DNA of 32,934 nucleotides from Jimgerdemannia flammicorona (GCA_003990765.1 RBNJ01000328.1:1-32934), one strand, 5' to 3'; positions 11,855 to 24,400 are shown, counted from the stretch's first letter. Notes: generated by a model from the sequence alone, not told the origin. Numbers and translations: made by a program.

Positions 11855-11917
11855 TAAGAGCGACCATCTTCCCCCAACTTATTTCTAAGAGCGACCATCT
11901 TCCCCCAACTTATTTCT
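11855..11917. repeat. Perfect tandem duplication of a 31-bp unit
   Basis: TAAGAGCGACCATCTTCCCCCAACTTATTTC twice (11855-11885, 11886-11916), just 3' of the VTC gene. Confidence 0.95.
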
Positions 11918-11971
11918 CTCGCCAAACAGAACGTGTATAATGCCGCCTTCCTGGTTCAGGGTCGACGACAC

Positions 11972-14753
11972 TCACGGCTTATGCTTCACGGCGTATTTCA
12001 CTGTGCGAGAACGGAGAATTGAAAAGTCAGAAACAATCACTGCCGAGGGTCCAGGCGCACAAATCTGCAATTAGACCACGATTCAAAATAACGAAACACT
12101 CACAGTACGCGTTTAACCCCACTGCGAAGAAGATGGCGACACAGATCACTGTCGGCCCGATAAGATCGTCTGCGTTAAAAAGAGAGGGAGAAGCGATGGA
12201 TATGTAAGCTAGATTGTCCTGTCATCTTACTTCGTCTTCATTCTTGTGCCATACTCAGCTCCACTTTCTCGATGCAAACCAAATCAAAACGATATCAAAA
12301 ACCATCCACAATGACACATACCGTACGGTCCTGCCTCCCTCCTAATGATCATCTCTCTTCTCCTCTGATACAGTCCCCACCCATACACCAGTGTCGTGAT
12401 CGACACGAGTGTATACATAATCCCCGATATCCTTCCGACGGTATCGCCGGCATTGAACAGCGCAATGGAGAAGCTCCCCAGCAACCCCGCAACGCCCATC
12501 CACGACAAAAACGTGCGCTCGTTGGCGAAGAAGACCTTGGGCTCGACGCGGACGGGTGTGACGACCTTCTTTGGCACCTTGACGCCGGGGGGCAAGTTGA
12601 CGGGTGTTGTTGGGGCCGAGAGAGAAGCGGACGAGTGACGGAAAAGGCCGTTAAGGGAGCGGAAGGAGAAAGAGCCCAGGTTGCGGCTGCCGACCTTGGC
12701 CTTGTGGATGCTGGGGGGGCGGCGGGTACCCAGGAGGGAGGTGCGCTCCGAGGGCTCGCCATCCTCCGAGGCTGCGGTCGAGGTCTGGCCTGACGAGGTC
12801 GGGGCAGCCTTGCCCTTGCCTTTGGGGTCTTTGGAGTCGTAGTCCATGTTGATGGTGGTCTGCCGACGCTTGGGAATGCGTCTGGAGGGCGGCGGTGTGG
12901 GTTCGGTGGGAGGAGCGGGGATATTGCCCCCATCTTTGTCGAGTTGGGCGAGCTGGTTTGGAGTGAGGATAGAATCGTGTGAGTATGTTCGGAGTGTTCA
13001 TGAGTGGATCCAGATGCATCATTACCACATAAAAATAAAAATAGGTAAAACCATACCCAGAACGGTAACAACTCGACCCTATTCTCAAACAACGTTGCAA
13101 CGCCATGCACAAACTTGGAGAACTTGGGCGCTTCCTCGACGAGCTCGGACTGGACAAGCTCCTTGATCCACTTGGGCGCCTCCTGAAAGGGTTCAAGGTG
13201 GAGCTTGATCTCTAGGACGGCGTAAGGGAAGTGGACGACCTCTTGGGCCTCCTTGAGTTCGGAGGGGGGGTGGTAGATGTCCACGTCCGGCCGGCGCCAA
13301 GCGCCTTCGGGACGGCGCTCGGTCGGGTCATCGGGGAAGAGAGATGAATCCTCGCGGATGAGGGAGAGGTTCGAGTCGAGAGAGATGCGCACGCGGGAGT
13401 CTCCGGGCATCTGGAAGGCCGTGCGATTGTAGAAGGTGCGGACGACTGAGAATGGTGTAGAGAAGAGGAGAGAGATATGGTGGAAGGGTAGGTTTGCTAG
13501 TTAGTGCTGGTATCGAACGAAACGAATCAAAATTACATATTCATCGATCTCTCCTTACCAGGCTGCAGGTTACTCTCCACGATCTTGTTCTGAATTTCGG
13601 TTGTCAGCCTCTGAAAATCTTCCACCTCCTTCTGCGTGGTCCCCTTATTCTCCCTCATCTTCCTCACCGTCTTCTCCATGGTGTACTCCCCTTTAAGATA
13701 TCCAGCGACGTATTTATCCTTGATCGCGAACCTATCCTTAAGCTCCCCGGTCTCCTCCTCCTGCTCGACCTTGCGCTCGACAAATACCTCCTGCGATCCG
13801 CCCTCCTCCAGCGACCCGTACCACCTCAGGCGGATGGCCTGAGCGTTCTCAGCGCGCTCTACCTTAGATGTGTAGAGATCGAACGAGGAGTTGTCAAGAT
13901 AGATAGAAGTAATGCTGTGGTCTGCGTTATAGCGGCGCGGGTTGGGTGTGCCGGGTTCAAGGTTGGCGCTGGAGGATTTGATGGGTTTGTAGACGAGGAC
14001 GGGGAGGTGTCGCAAGATGGCGGTTTTTATTTCGACAACGTCGTCTGGATTCACAAAGTACTTTGTGGATTTGCGAATGAAGGTCTGGGTGCCGCCTTTA
14101 CTGATGTCGACCATGGGGGACGGCTGAGAGAAGGACATGGAGCGGCCACCAGAGCGGACCGAATGGAAGAGCTCCGAGAGCTTGAAGAGGAGGGGATCGT
14201 AATCCTGCTTCCAAAAGGGGCACTGGTTGAGACGGACCATAAACATGGGCCGGAGGACATAGTCGGTATGACGGTCGTGCTTTTTTACGATCTTGAGGAA
14301 GCCAGTGTAATTGAGGCGGGCATACCGGGCGAGTTGGTTGATGTCATCGGCGATGCTGTTGATCTCGTCCTGAATGGCCGAGTACTCGGGGCCCGAGTCT
14401 GGAGTGGGCATAAGGGCGGCGACCTTGACGGCGCATTGCTCAATGCGGCTGTTGATGTCGGTCAATTTGACGTTCTCAAATGCGTATACCTATACAAGAT
14501 AATGCGTGTTAAGGTGACGGAGTCAGGAGTGTTTTAACCCATGAGCAGAATGAAAAACGTGTCGTGTCGAAGGCTGGAATACCTTTTCCAATTCCCTATC
14601 GATCTTCTCGACGAACTCGGACTCGTCCTTCTCTGTGTATACGGCATCATTGTCCTGAGCCTTCTTGAGCAGCTTCTTCAGCTGTGTGTAGTCGACATAG
14701 TACAGCTGCCATTCCGAGTAGATTTGGTCGTTGAGACGGCTGCCAAACTTCAT
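11972..14753 (-). CDS. Vacuolar transporter chaperone subunit (SPX + VTC + DUF202 transmembrane domain), most like Vtc2/Vtc3, 6 exons
   Basis: Exons 14753-14583, 14489-13559, 13445-13057, 12952-12322, 12169-12104, 12000-11972 (last exon least certain). SPX: MKFG..Y..LKK, LNYTGFLKIVKKHDR. VTC: IRLRWYG, VFVERK, VRTFYNRTAFQMPGDSRVRISLD, FPYAVLEIKL, PKFSKFVHG. Membrane part: RVEPKVFFANERTFLSW, GPYDDLIGP. Confidence 0.93.
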
Positions 14754-14861
14754 GTTGAGGAGGTGGAGGGGTAGGTTGTTAGGTGAGAGCAGCAACGAGA
14801 TGATCTGAATTTTCCTCGCCAACAAAAATGCGTCGGGACGATTCCTGGCCAAGAGTTGAGG

Positions 14862-15025
14862 CACGTGTGGGAGGACAGGTGGCTTTCCATCAGTTTTTTT
14901 TTGGTGACTGGTTATCTTGCTCCTGAATCGAAATGCACCCTTGAATCGAAAAGCGTGGCCTAAAGCATATAATAATAAAAAGAGAATCAAGACACATTTA
15001 GGCGAGCTGAATCTGGAGACACGTG
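14862..15025. promoter_or_regulatory. Two CACGTG E-boxes in the 330-bp divergent VTC/SPB4 promoter
   Basis: CACGTG at 14862-14867 and 15020-15025. This is the known site for yeast bHLH factors Pho4 and Cbf1; function here is inferred. Confidence 0.45.
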
Positions 15026-15083
15026 CATCGGGATTATTAGCATCTACACCCCTACGCATCTAGAAACATCTGCCTCTGAATCA

Positions 15084-18000
15084 ATGGCCCACACCCCTCC
15101 AAACCACGCAGGGAAATGGGGAGACTTGGAACCAACCCTCAGTCAGCCAACGTATGCTCAGTGCCTGTGCTACTGTGTCGATTCCGTCACTCGCCTAACC
15201 CCTGTTACCATGAAGCCTAGACACTCTATCGGCAATGGGCTTCACTCAGATGACCCCCGTGCAGGCTGGCGCGATACCTCTGTTCATGAAAAACAAGGAT
15301 GTGGTCGTTGAGGTAACATGTCCATACCAATGATTTTTCTTGCTTGCTAGGCAATAAGAGACTGACCATTTCCCGCATCACAGGCTGTCACCGGTTCCGG
15401 GAAAACCCTGGCCTTCGTAATACCCATCATCGAGAAGCTCGTGCACAGAGAGCACCCGCTCCAAGGGCACGAAATTGGTGCCATCGTCGTAACCCCCACA
15501 CGGTTAGCCCTTCGCTCACTCCGCCACTCTTGTTTCCTTTGCTCAACACCTTTACCACCACGCCGCGTAACTCACCCCCTCCCCTACCTTACTCTCAGCG
15601 AACTCGCCCAGCAGATCCACTCAGTTTTCACCCTTTTTCTCTGCGATCATCCCAATGCAGCCAACCTAACCCACGCCCTCTTCATTGGTGGTACCTCCCC
15701 CCTCTCTACCGATGCCCTTCGCTTTCGGACCTCGGACCCCAAGATTTTGGTGGGTACACCCGGGCGCCTGGAGGAGTTGCTCAAGACTAAGGGATTGATC
15801 AACACGCGAGAGCTGGAGGTACTGGTACTGGACGAGGCCGATCGGCTACTGGACATGGGATTCGCGGGCCAGCTGGCGGGGATCATTGCACAACTGCCCA
15901 AGCAGCGCAGGACGGGCCTGTTCTCGGCGACCATGACCGATGCCTTGGGCGAACTCGTTAGGGCGGGGCTGAGGAACCCGGTCAGAATTGTGGTGAAAGT
16001 GGAGGATTTGGAAAGAAGGGAGGAGAGGAGGACGCCGGCAAGGTAGGTGGATGGGGGTGTTGAAAAGTTAAGGGAGTGATGATGTGAAACGGTAGTGTGG
16101 AGGTGACGAATGGGGCCATTTTAACAGGCTCAGGGACTTCCATCCTCTCTTTGTAGCCTCACCATTGGCTACGTGATATGCGAGCCCGACCAGAAGCTCG
16201 CCCAGGCGGTGCGCATCCTCCTGCGTGAACAGCAGCAGTTGGATGTCAAGGGCGCCAGGAAATTTATTGTCTACTTCGCGACATGTGCGTGTGTGGATTA
16301 CTTTTACAAGGTACTCGCTTGCAGGGATTGCCTTAAAGATGAGATTGTGAGAAACTGGGTTTTTGGACTCGTGTGGCGTCGATGTCCGGATCCAAAATTT
16401 GCCGACTGACGTTATGTGAATGTGACTCTACCTAGATCTTGTCCAAGCTTCCGCAACTTAAACCGTTCTCCGTCCACTCCCTTCACGGCCAAATGGAAAT
16501 CAAACGTCGCACAGGTAAACCACTCCTCACATCAACATCAACCTGTCCACCATTCTTCCTCATTCGACTCTCTTCTCTCACACAACCCATTTGCATCACT
16601 CCAATCCCCATACCACCATCCACAGCGACCTACACGACTTTCACCTCTCTCCCGCCCACAACGCCGGCGCTCCTCCTCTGCACTGACGTCGCCTCTCGGG
16701 GCCTCGATATCCCGGACGTTGACTTCGTTCTGCAGATGGATCCCCCGCAGGACCCCAAAGTATTCACGCACAGGTGTGGACGGACCGCTAGGGCGGGGAG
16801 GGCGGGCTGCGCCGTTGTGCTACTGAATAAAGGGAGGGAAGAGACGTATGTCGGTGGGTAACGTTGGTGTGTGGCTCGAGCTAGTTCAATGGTGGTGGTG
16901 GTGGTGGTGGTGGTGGTGGTGGTGGTGGTGGTGGTGGTGTTGGTTTGACGATGTTCTATATATCTTATTTGCGGGAGTGCTATTCTCTACATACACCCAT
17001 ACCCTAACTCAATCTATCTCCAGATTTCCTCAAACTCCGTAAGATCCCTCTCCGGCCCTTTTCTTACCTTCTCTCCGACCTCACCGCCCACGCGCCCCCG
17101 CCCACCGCCCCTGAAGAGGAGGCGGCGCTCCCGCCAGAGGAGGACTTGGGAAACGACACGTTGCTCGATAGCGTGCGGCGAGTGGTGCTGATGGACCGCG
17201 ACCACCACGAGCGCGGGGTCAAGGCGTTCGTGTCATACGTGCGTGCCTACTCCAAACACGAGGCCAGCTATATTTTCCGCGTTCGTGATCTGGAACTCGG
17301 GAGGGTCGCGAGGGGGTTCGGGCTATTGAAGGTCGGTCGGTTGGGGCTGGAGATGATTTGTGAGTGGGGTGGTGGACGATGACATGCTTGCCGTAGTTAA
17401 TGGACCTGTTACCATGTGGAGATTGACAGAACAATATGCATTCCTCTTTTCATAGCTGCCGAAAATGCCTGAGTTGAAGGATTATAAATACGAATACGAG
17501 GCGAAGGATGTGAATGTAAGTTACCCCACGAGCTGTCCGATCTCGCCTTCTAGTGATATTGCAGGATCGTCCTTTTTCATTCGTTTCTAATTCCGAATGT
17601 ACATACGCCAACTTTGTAAAAAAGTTTGACACTTACAAGTACGCGGACAAGGTTCGAGAGAAGCAGCGGATGAAGAAGCTGGCAGAGGAGAAGGCGAAGA
17701 GGGTGAAGGCTTTGGATGGGTGAGTAGAGCTTCGCTGTTAATTTGGTCGGAACTAGGACTATATCCATCTCCATCTATTCCCGATCTCTCTTCATTATGA
17801 CGGTCCATAGAGCCACCATCGTATCTTACCTGCACCCCCATTTGACTCAGCGCACCCCCTACCTCCGCCAAACAGAAAAAGGCCACCCATGGTGCGTGGT
17901 CTGAAAAGACGGAGGCAAAGGAGCGCAAGGAAGAGCGACGGGCCAAAAAAGAGCGCAAGCGCGAGTTTCTGAGGAACGAGAAGCGGAAAGCAGAGGGAAA

Positions 18001-18163
18001 GGGCGGCGGTGAGGATGAGGGGGATAGGGACGAGGAGGACGAGTGGACGGAGCTGCAGCGCGAGGAGCGGTTGGCGAAGAAGGTGCGAACGAGGAGGATG
18101 GGGAAGGAGGAGTTCGAGAGAGAGATCGAAGAGGGGAGCGGGGACGATGGGAGTGATTTTTGA
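15084..18163 (+). CDS. SPB4: ATP-dependent rRNA DEAD-box helicase SPB4/DDX55, 11 exons
   Basis: Exons 15084-15151, 15216-15312, 15384-15502, 15599-16042, 16157-16310, 16436-16514, 16626-16853, 17024-17331, 17456-17515, 17625-17719, 17851-18163. Motifs [101 protein letters not shown], and Spb4-type [30 protein letters not shown]. Confidence 0.96.
16890..16939. repeat. (GGT)n microsatellite in SPB4 intron 7
   Basis: About 16 GGT units read directly. Confidence 0.95.
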
Positions 18164-19525
18164 TGTGGTTGTAATATAATAATGTCATGGATGGCTAGTT
18201 CTGATTCAAATTTAAAATTGAACTCTCTCTTTAGTACATAAACCAGCATTTCAGATTTGGATAAATATCAAAAGTTAATTATTACAAAAATAAAATAGAT
18301 ATCAAAAACACTTAATGTTATATATGTAATTATGTATACCAAACATAATTACTCTTAGCTCAAAAATTCGGTGTCTGACCGCGAAGTTAGTGTGCGCGGA
18401 TGTGTCTTCCATGTGTTGATCGCCGGATGCAGTTCTCTGTATCGTTAACGGATAGATTGTATTGCGAGCAAAGGGTGAAATGATTAAATATGTATTGCAC
18501 AGTAGTGACCAAGGCACTTGGAACGATTACCCTTTGTGCACGTGGCAGATTTTTAGTAATGAGAATTCGTTGGACATTTCAGCTTTTGCTGACTTCCTCT
18601 ACACCAACATCTACGATGGATGGGAACCCCGCCTACGTGCTCAGCTCTGGAATTTCGGACTTCTGAAAACGGTCGTCACGATCTGAAATATCGCGTAGGG
18701 TGGTCGCTGTTGTTAGAAATTTGTTTCGCGATTAGCATTCCCATTATGATGGAGATGTTGGACGAAATTGTTGACTTTGACGCGTAATGGGTGAATCCCT
18801 CTTTTTTTAAGCCGTTTATTCCGTGGTGGAATTTTTATTTTTATTTTTATTTTTGCACTATTTTGTAAGTTCAAGGATGCATTGCCAAAAAAAAAAAAAA
18901 AAAAAAAAAGGTTCCAGAGCATCTTCGGTAAAACAGAATTGCCTGGTGGAGTTGGCAATTGTCACCGTCATCGAAATACGAGATGCGTCCCAATACCATG
19001 CTGAGACCATTTCAACAAACATATTATTATATGACAGTTAGAGTGCCATGTTATCAATAGTTGATAAATAAATACGTTGAAACTTAGATCATTGCAACCA
19101 AATACTAGGACAACCTATGCCACGATTCTATTTTTACATTTTCTCAGACCTCATTTTTTAGGGAGAGCGTTAGCCATCGTCAAATAGGAGACGTGAGGTG
19201 ACATGTCATATCCCCCTGTCGAAAATATCGAGAAAATTTTATGCAAGAGCATGCAATAGCTTTGAAAATACGTATTATTTACAATTGAGGGCATCACTGT
19301 CCATCCTTTAATGTATGTATGTCTAGGGCAACCTCGGTTCGCGTACATTCCTTAATTCACTTTTGGAAAGAAAAAACAACGTTTGAGATGAACCCAAACA
19401 TACCTTTCGCGCATACAAAGACACATTCTCATCAGTTTCCGGAAGGACCCGCGACACCAACCTGGAACTCAATCGCCACCCAATAATGTCCAACTCCTCG
19501 GCAATCAATATTATCTCCCGCATCA

Positions 19526-20730
19526 TCACGCATCCTCATCCTCTTCATCCTCATTGTCACTATACGCCTGCAGCAGCGCCAACGCCTGCGGTTTCACTGC
19601 CGTCGCCACCGACTCTTTCGCTGACGAACCTGCCTCGGCCTTCGCTGTCTTCTTATCTCCACCGCCATCGGAGACTGCCGCCGTCGCCCTACTCTGACCC
19701 TTCTCTTTATCCGTTTCGATCCGCGCCCTCTTCCCCGCCGGTTCCTCCACCTTCCCGTCCCCTTTCCCCTTTCCCTTCCCCTTCCCTTTCCCCTTCCCGT
19801 TTGCCTCTTCACTGCTCGGTGCGGAGTCCTTACCGCGCTTGCGCACGATGACCGCCCCGCGCAGAATTGACCGCTGCACGTCTCGTTTCCCTGTTATCAT
19901 CGTGGTCGGCGCAGATGCAGTGGACGTGGGTGACGTCGCCGTAGGGGGGGTAGTGGCAGGTGCAGGTACGAGGAGGCCGTCGGTGCGGAGGATGGGGATG
20001 GCGGATGGAGCTACCTGGGCTTCTTCAACCGCCCTGATGAATAGAAAATATATATATAACGAAGAGGGAAAAAGGAACGTCGCTTTAACACCTATATTTT
20101 GGTTTGCACGCTAACCAAAATTAGCACCCAAGATCCACCCACCTCCGAAACACGTCCAGCTCCTCCTGTTCGGTGCGGCGCTTGTCAACTTCCTCACGAA
20201 GTTGCGAGTCTTCAAGAGTCTTCAGATACTCGAATTCATCTTCGTCAATACGCTTGATCATGTTGCCTTCGCAAATAGAAATTATAATCAGCGAGCAAAG
20301 ATTCAGTCGAATCGCATTTCCGCAGAGTTTATACTTTACTCCCATACGTGATAAAAACCATCATAGTCTGGGGTGAGATTTCGTGAACTCACTGAAACGT
20401 GTCGCCTCCGTGTATTCTTCCTCTTTGAGCAACTTTTGCTCTTGCAGACGCTCGTAAAGCGTGCGTGGGTCAAAATCCGGATCGGGATCTTCCGGCCGCA
20501 CAATACCTTGTGTTCACAGAGAGAATCATTTAGCCTCTCATGAACGTGTTTAACGAGACGAGCACGAAATAATATTTGTTAGTTTGCCTCGAGTTTCGGT
20601 TGACAGTGCTGGGCGTCTACGTACCTTGCTTCTCAGCATCCTCTCTGACCCTTTCCCACTCCTTCTGGCGGGATTCGTCCAAAACCTCACGCGAGACGAA
20701 GGATTTCTTGATAGAGAATTGGTCGTCCAT
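19526..20730 (-). CDS. FAM192A/PSME3IP1/Fyv6-family nuclear protein, 4 exons
   Basis: Exons 20730-20625, 20506-20393, 20266-20143, 20033-19526. Motifs SFVSREVLDESRQKEWE, FDPRTLYERLQEQK, KRIDEDEFEYL, EELDVFRRAV, and C-terminal ALLQAYSDNEDE. Confidence 0.88.
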
Positions 20731-21475
20731 GTGGATGTTGAAAAGAGTTGCTGTGCAATGTGCTTGTGCGTCGTTATTGATGATGGTGGCGCATTTCACG
20801 TGAGCACGGATTTTGGAGACACGTGAGCGGAAGTGTTATCTGCATCTAGACACCGACACCATTATATTACTTTTTCCTCCGATTAATTGTCTAAATAAAT
20901 GAACAAGCTTCTACAAATGCCAATGGTGCCATTTATTGGTTAAAATTCTGCACTCAAGTTATTTGAGACTGTTTTGATCAGACTGCTTAAGAGAACCCCA
21001 GGAAGATCTGAACATTATAGAGCTTCCTCAAGCGATTATTAAATTTAGAGATACTATATTAGCAGATACTTAAGATCAGAATTTAAATCCAACTATGTAA
21101 GTATGTAGTTTTATTTATATAATTATTGAAAGAATTTAGTTATATATATCTTTTCAGATATATCTTTGCTTGTACTCAATATTACTTGATTAATTATAAC
21201 TTGAACTATATAGCTACTCAATATATTTTGAGCTATATACAGTATTTTAATTTTTAACTAAAGATCATAAAATAGAAGTAAAATTCAAGAAAATATTTTC
21301 AAATTATTTCTCATTCTTTAATTATTTTTTCCCAAAAGTATAGAAATTCCTCAAAAATGATAAATATGCCGAGGATACTTGCTAAAATGACTTGTTTGAA
21401 TTTTATAACTTGAATGTTTCACTTTAGTGTCTTGCACCAACCCCATTAATTTAACCATGTCGGTCCTCTGACTTC

Positions 21476-22110
21476 ATTCACTTTGTTCAGCTTCACTTTC
21501 TAAGAATCCACAGAGGGGCGGCGTACACGGTGTCGCAGCATATAGCTGTTGATGAACGGCAACGGCGATTGCTGCCCAATCTGTTCGAAATTCAGCAAGC
21601 CTTGCGCCTGATATAAAATGCCAATAAACCCTGTCAAAGAGAGATAATCAATCACCAACGAAGCAAAAAAAACATACGTCTTGAAGCTTGCTCTTCTGTT
21701 CAACAACCAACAACTTGCCCACTAAATCGAGGCGCTCTAGTTTGATTTCCAGAATTGACGTCCGCTTGGTCCTTTTCTGCCTCTAGAGGTGAAAATCCAG
21801 CATTAAACGTTTGCTCTATGTTGCTTTAACATTGCCTTATTACAGCCTGAGACAACCCCCAGTGGTTCCCCAAACACGCAGATTGTAGGTATTCCGTTTA
21901 GACATTCACACTTCGGTTTCTAGATGCTTGTTCGTCTTCCAATTTCCCAGATGTAAACCGGAAGCAAAAGAAACGTTTGCACCGAATGATCATATTGCAA
22001 CAGAACAGGTAGGTCTGATAAACACGAGAAAAATGGTGGCCAAGAGAAAAAGAAGATATAGGAATTCACGCACCATTCGCGTATTTTATAAGGACCATTT
22101 TCATTGGTTG
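21476..22110 (-). pseudogene. Degenerate direct partial duplicate of the 5' half of the 22478-25190 gene
   Basis: Aligns by eye to ~24116-25283, e.g. CTTTGTTCAGCTTCACT, AAGCCTTGCGCCTGATATAAAATGCC, TTGCCTTATTACAGCCTGAGACAACCCC, GTATTCCGTTTAGACATT. Has an internal deletion of ~265 bp, indels and stops. Confidence 0.85.
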
Positions 22111-22806
22111 CTGGTTGTGACGTTGACTCAAGCCACAGCCTTGACAGTATTCAACCCATGGCACACGCATGAGAAGCGAAGGTTTAAGTAACTTTTTTAC
22201 ATTAGAACGCGCGTTTGGCAGTCAACACCATTGCTTAATCTACTACGTGCATCTCTACTCAAAATGACTGGCATTCAAGTCCTAATAGCATACTGTCATA
22301 AAATTATAACACTATCAACATTTCAGATGCCGCCCGTAGGACTGTATTTGAGGCAAAAAAAAAAAAAAAAAAAGCATTGAAGTACAATCTTCCTGTACAT
22401 CAGCCGATTTCACCATCCCCTCCTAACATTAGCCAGCTTGGACTTAGTCTTGATATTAATGTCCACATTCTCATTCTTCACCGATATCGTGACTTTTTGT
22501 CATTGTTGCCTAAAATGATGTCGTTCAATGGAGTTTTGATTATCGGAGGTTTCATTGTGTTTTGCTCCGGCTTCCGATCCCTCTTTCTGGAATCCATCCT
22601 CTCCTGGAAATCCACCCTCTCCTGGTTGGCAGCATCTAGCTTCCTCTTTGTCATCTCCATCTTCTCATTGAAGGCCAGCATCGCACGATACGCATGCTTC
22701 TCGTTTATCAGATCACGAAGAGATGAGGGAAGAGCAATTTTTTTCACCAGCACCAAGTGGAAGAGCGCTCCAGCGGCACCGAGCGCGTAGATACGGAGTT
22801 TCCGAC

Positions 22807-22809
<3 letters not shown>

Positions 22810-22838
<29 letters not shown>

Positions 22839-22917
22839 GTTTTTTTTTTTTTTTTTTTTTTTTTTTTTGTTTTGTTTTGTTTTTTGTTTTTTGTTTTTTG
22901 TTTTTTGTTTTTTTTTG
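22810..22917. repeat. Poly(T)/(GTTTT)n tract, ~108 bp
   Basis: Direct reading; lies at the last intron/exon junction of the nuclease-like gene. Confidence 0.95.
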
Positions 22918-24330
22918 TAAATACCTGCAATATAGCAAAGGTTGTGAACACTTCATAGAGATACTCACCGATTACTGTGAAGCCCCAAATGATCAAATCT
23001 GCAGCAGTACTGACTTCTAATTCATTCTGCGCCTTGTACCATATGTCACGAAGCTCCAAACCGAGCTTAAGAGTGTCGGTCCATTCCTTTGCTCGTGAGC
23101 ACTGAGGCAAGCCACCAGCGACTTCGCCACATCCAATTGCTAGCAACCAGCTGAGCTCTTGATATTCGATAATGATATCGACCTTGTAGCCAATTCTAGC
23201 CCGCTGGGTAGGATCGCTACCCTCACCACGCCGATCAGCTGTCGTATCCAGAGTCTGTTCTCCGCTAATATCAATAAATCAACATAAACTTATTCAATGG
23301 TATAAATGTTGCCAGCATCAATATTATGCAAAGAATGACTTACTAGTGGATACGGCACTCTTGGTCAAGCCCGACAGTCGCATCGAGTAAAGGCATGACA
23401 TTACGCGACGTGTGTTCCATCTCTGAGATGGTCTCCTTCAAGCATTGCAACGGATTTCGCACTGCAGAATAGGGTGGTGAGAAACTGTCAGATACAATTT
23501 TGTAGTACAGAAAAATGACATATTCCTTACTCAACATACATGCTCGCCACGAGGTTTCAAACACGGCGATCCTCGTCTGTTTTCACTGATACATCACCTG
23601 GATGTTTAGACTATAGAGAAAACAGTTCAGCAAGTGAGCATCATTAGCAAATAAATTCTTTGAACAATATATATATATATTACCGCGAGAAGCCGATTGA
23701 AGATGGTTTCTTGCTCATCTGAAAGGGGTGGTAGGTCAAAATTCGAGCCTTCCGATAAGGAGAGTTTCATTGCCGGGAGGTATTCAGCCAACAGATCCGT
23801 GGTCGGACCGTGATGACCTGAATGATCAACCAGAAAATAGTATAATGGGCTGGTAGAAACATATAAACGAGGTATTATTTAGGGATGTCATAAATAATAC
23901 CAACAATAATGAAACAAAAAGCAAGACCCTTTTACTTGTGGAGACGTTGTTCTTTTGCTAGCCCTTCGCGGTAGCGGTTGATCTTGTCAACCGCATCTGC
24001 CCAGTCTCTGTCTGTCATTGGCTGAACATCAACAAATGTATTGACGTCAACCTCACGAGGGAGAGCCACGTCCGCTTCGTCCATTTCCGTCTTGTCCCGG
24101 TAGCTTGGAATGATTTTACTTTGTTCAGCTTCACTATCTAAAGAGTCCACAGAGGGGCGGCGCACATGGCGTCGCGGCATATAGCTAGAATATTGCTGTT
24201 GATGAACGGCAACGGCGGCATCATCAAGGCGTTGCTGCCCGATCTGTTTGAAATTCAGCAAGCCTTGCGCCTGATATAAAATGCCAAGAAATAAAACCTG
24301 TCAAATAGAGATAATCAATCACCAATGAAG

Positions 24331-24332
<2 letters not shown>

Positions 24333-24400
<68 letters not shown>

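Noticed and set aside
11855..11917. CRISPR-like repeat (31-bp unit)
   Set aside because: Two adjacent units with no spacer, eukaryotic context, no cas genes.
13494..14537. 347-aa plus-strand ORF and other long antisense ORFs (7979-8614, 9864-10406, 17587-18249, 28646-29233)
   Set aside because: Shadows of GC-rich coding sequence on the opposite strand; no recognisable motifs.
16848..17042. Poly-Trp ORF
   Set aside because: Translation of the intronic (GGT)n microsatellite.
18462..18686. Short ORF between convergent SPB4 and FAM192A
   Set aside because: Non-ATG start, no recognisable motif, no convincing exon chain.
184..20730. The eight genes as a novel functional cluster
   Set aside because: Unrelated housekeeping functions (lipid catabolism, ER redox, cell cycle, splicing, polyP, ribosome assembly); ordinary compact gene order.
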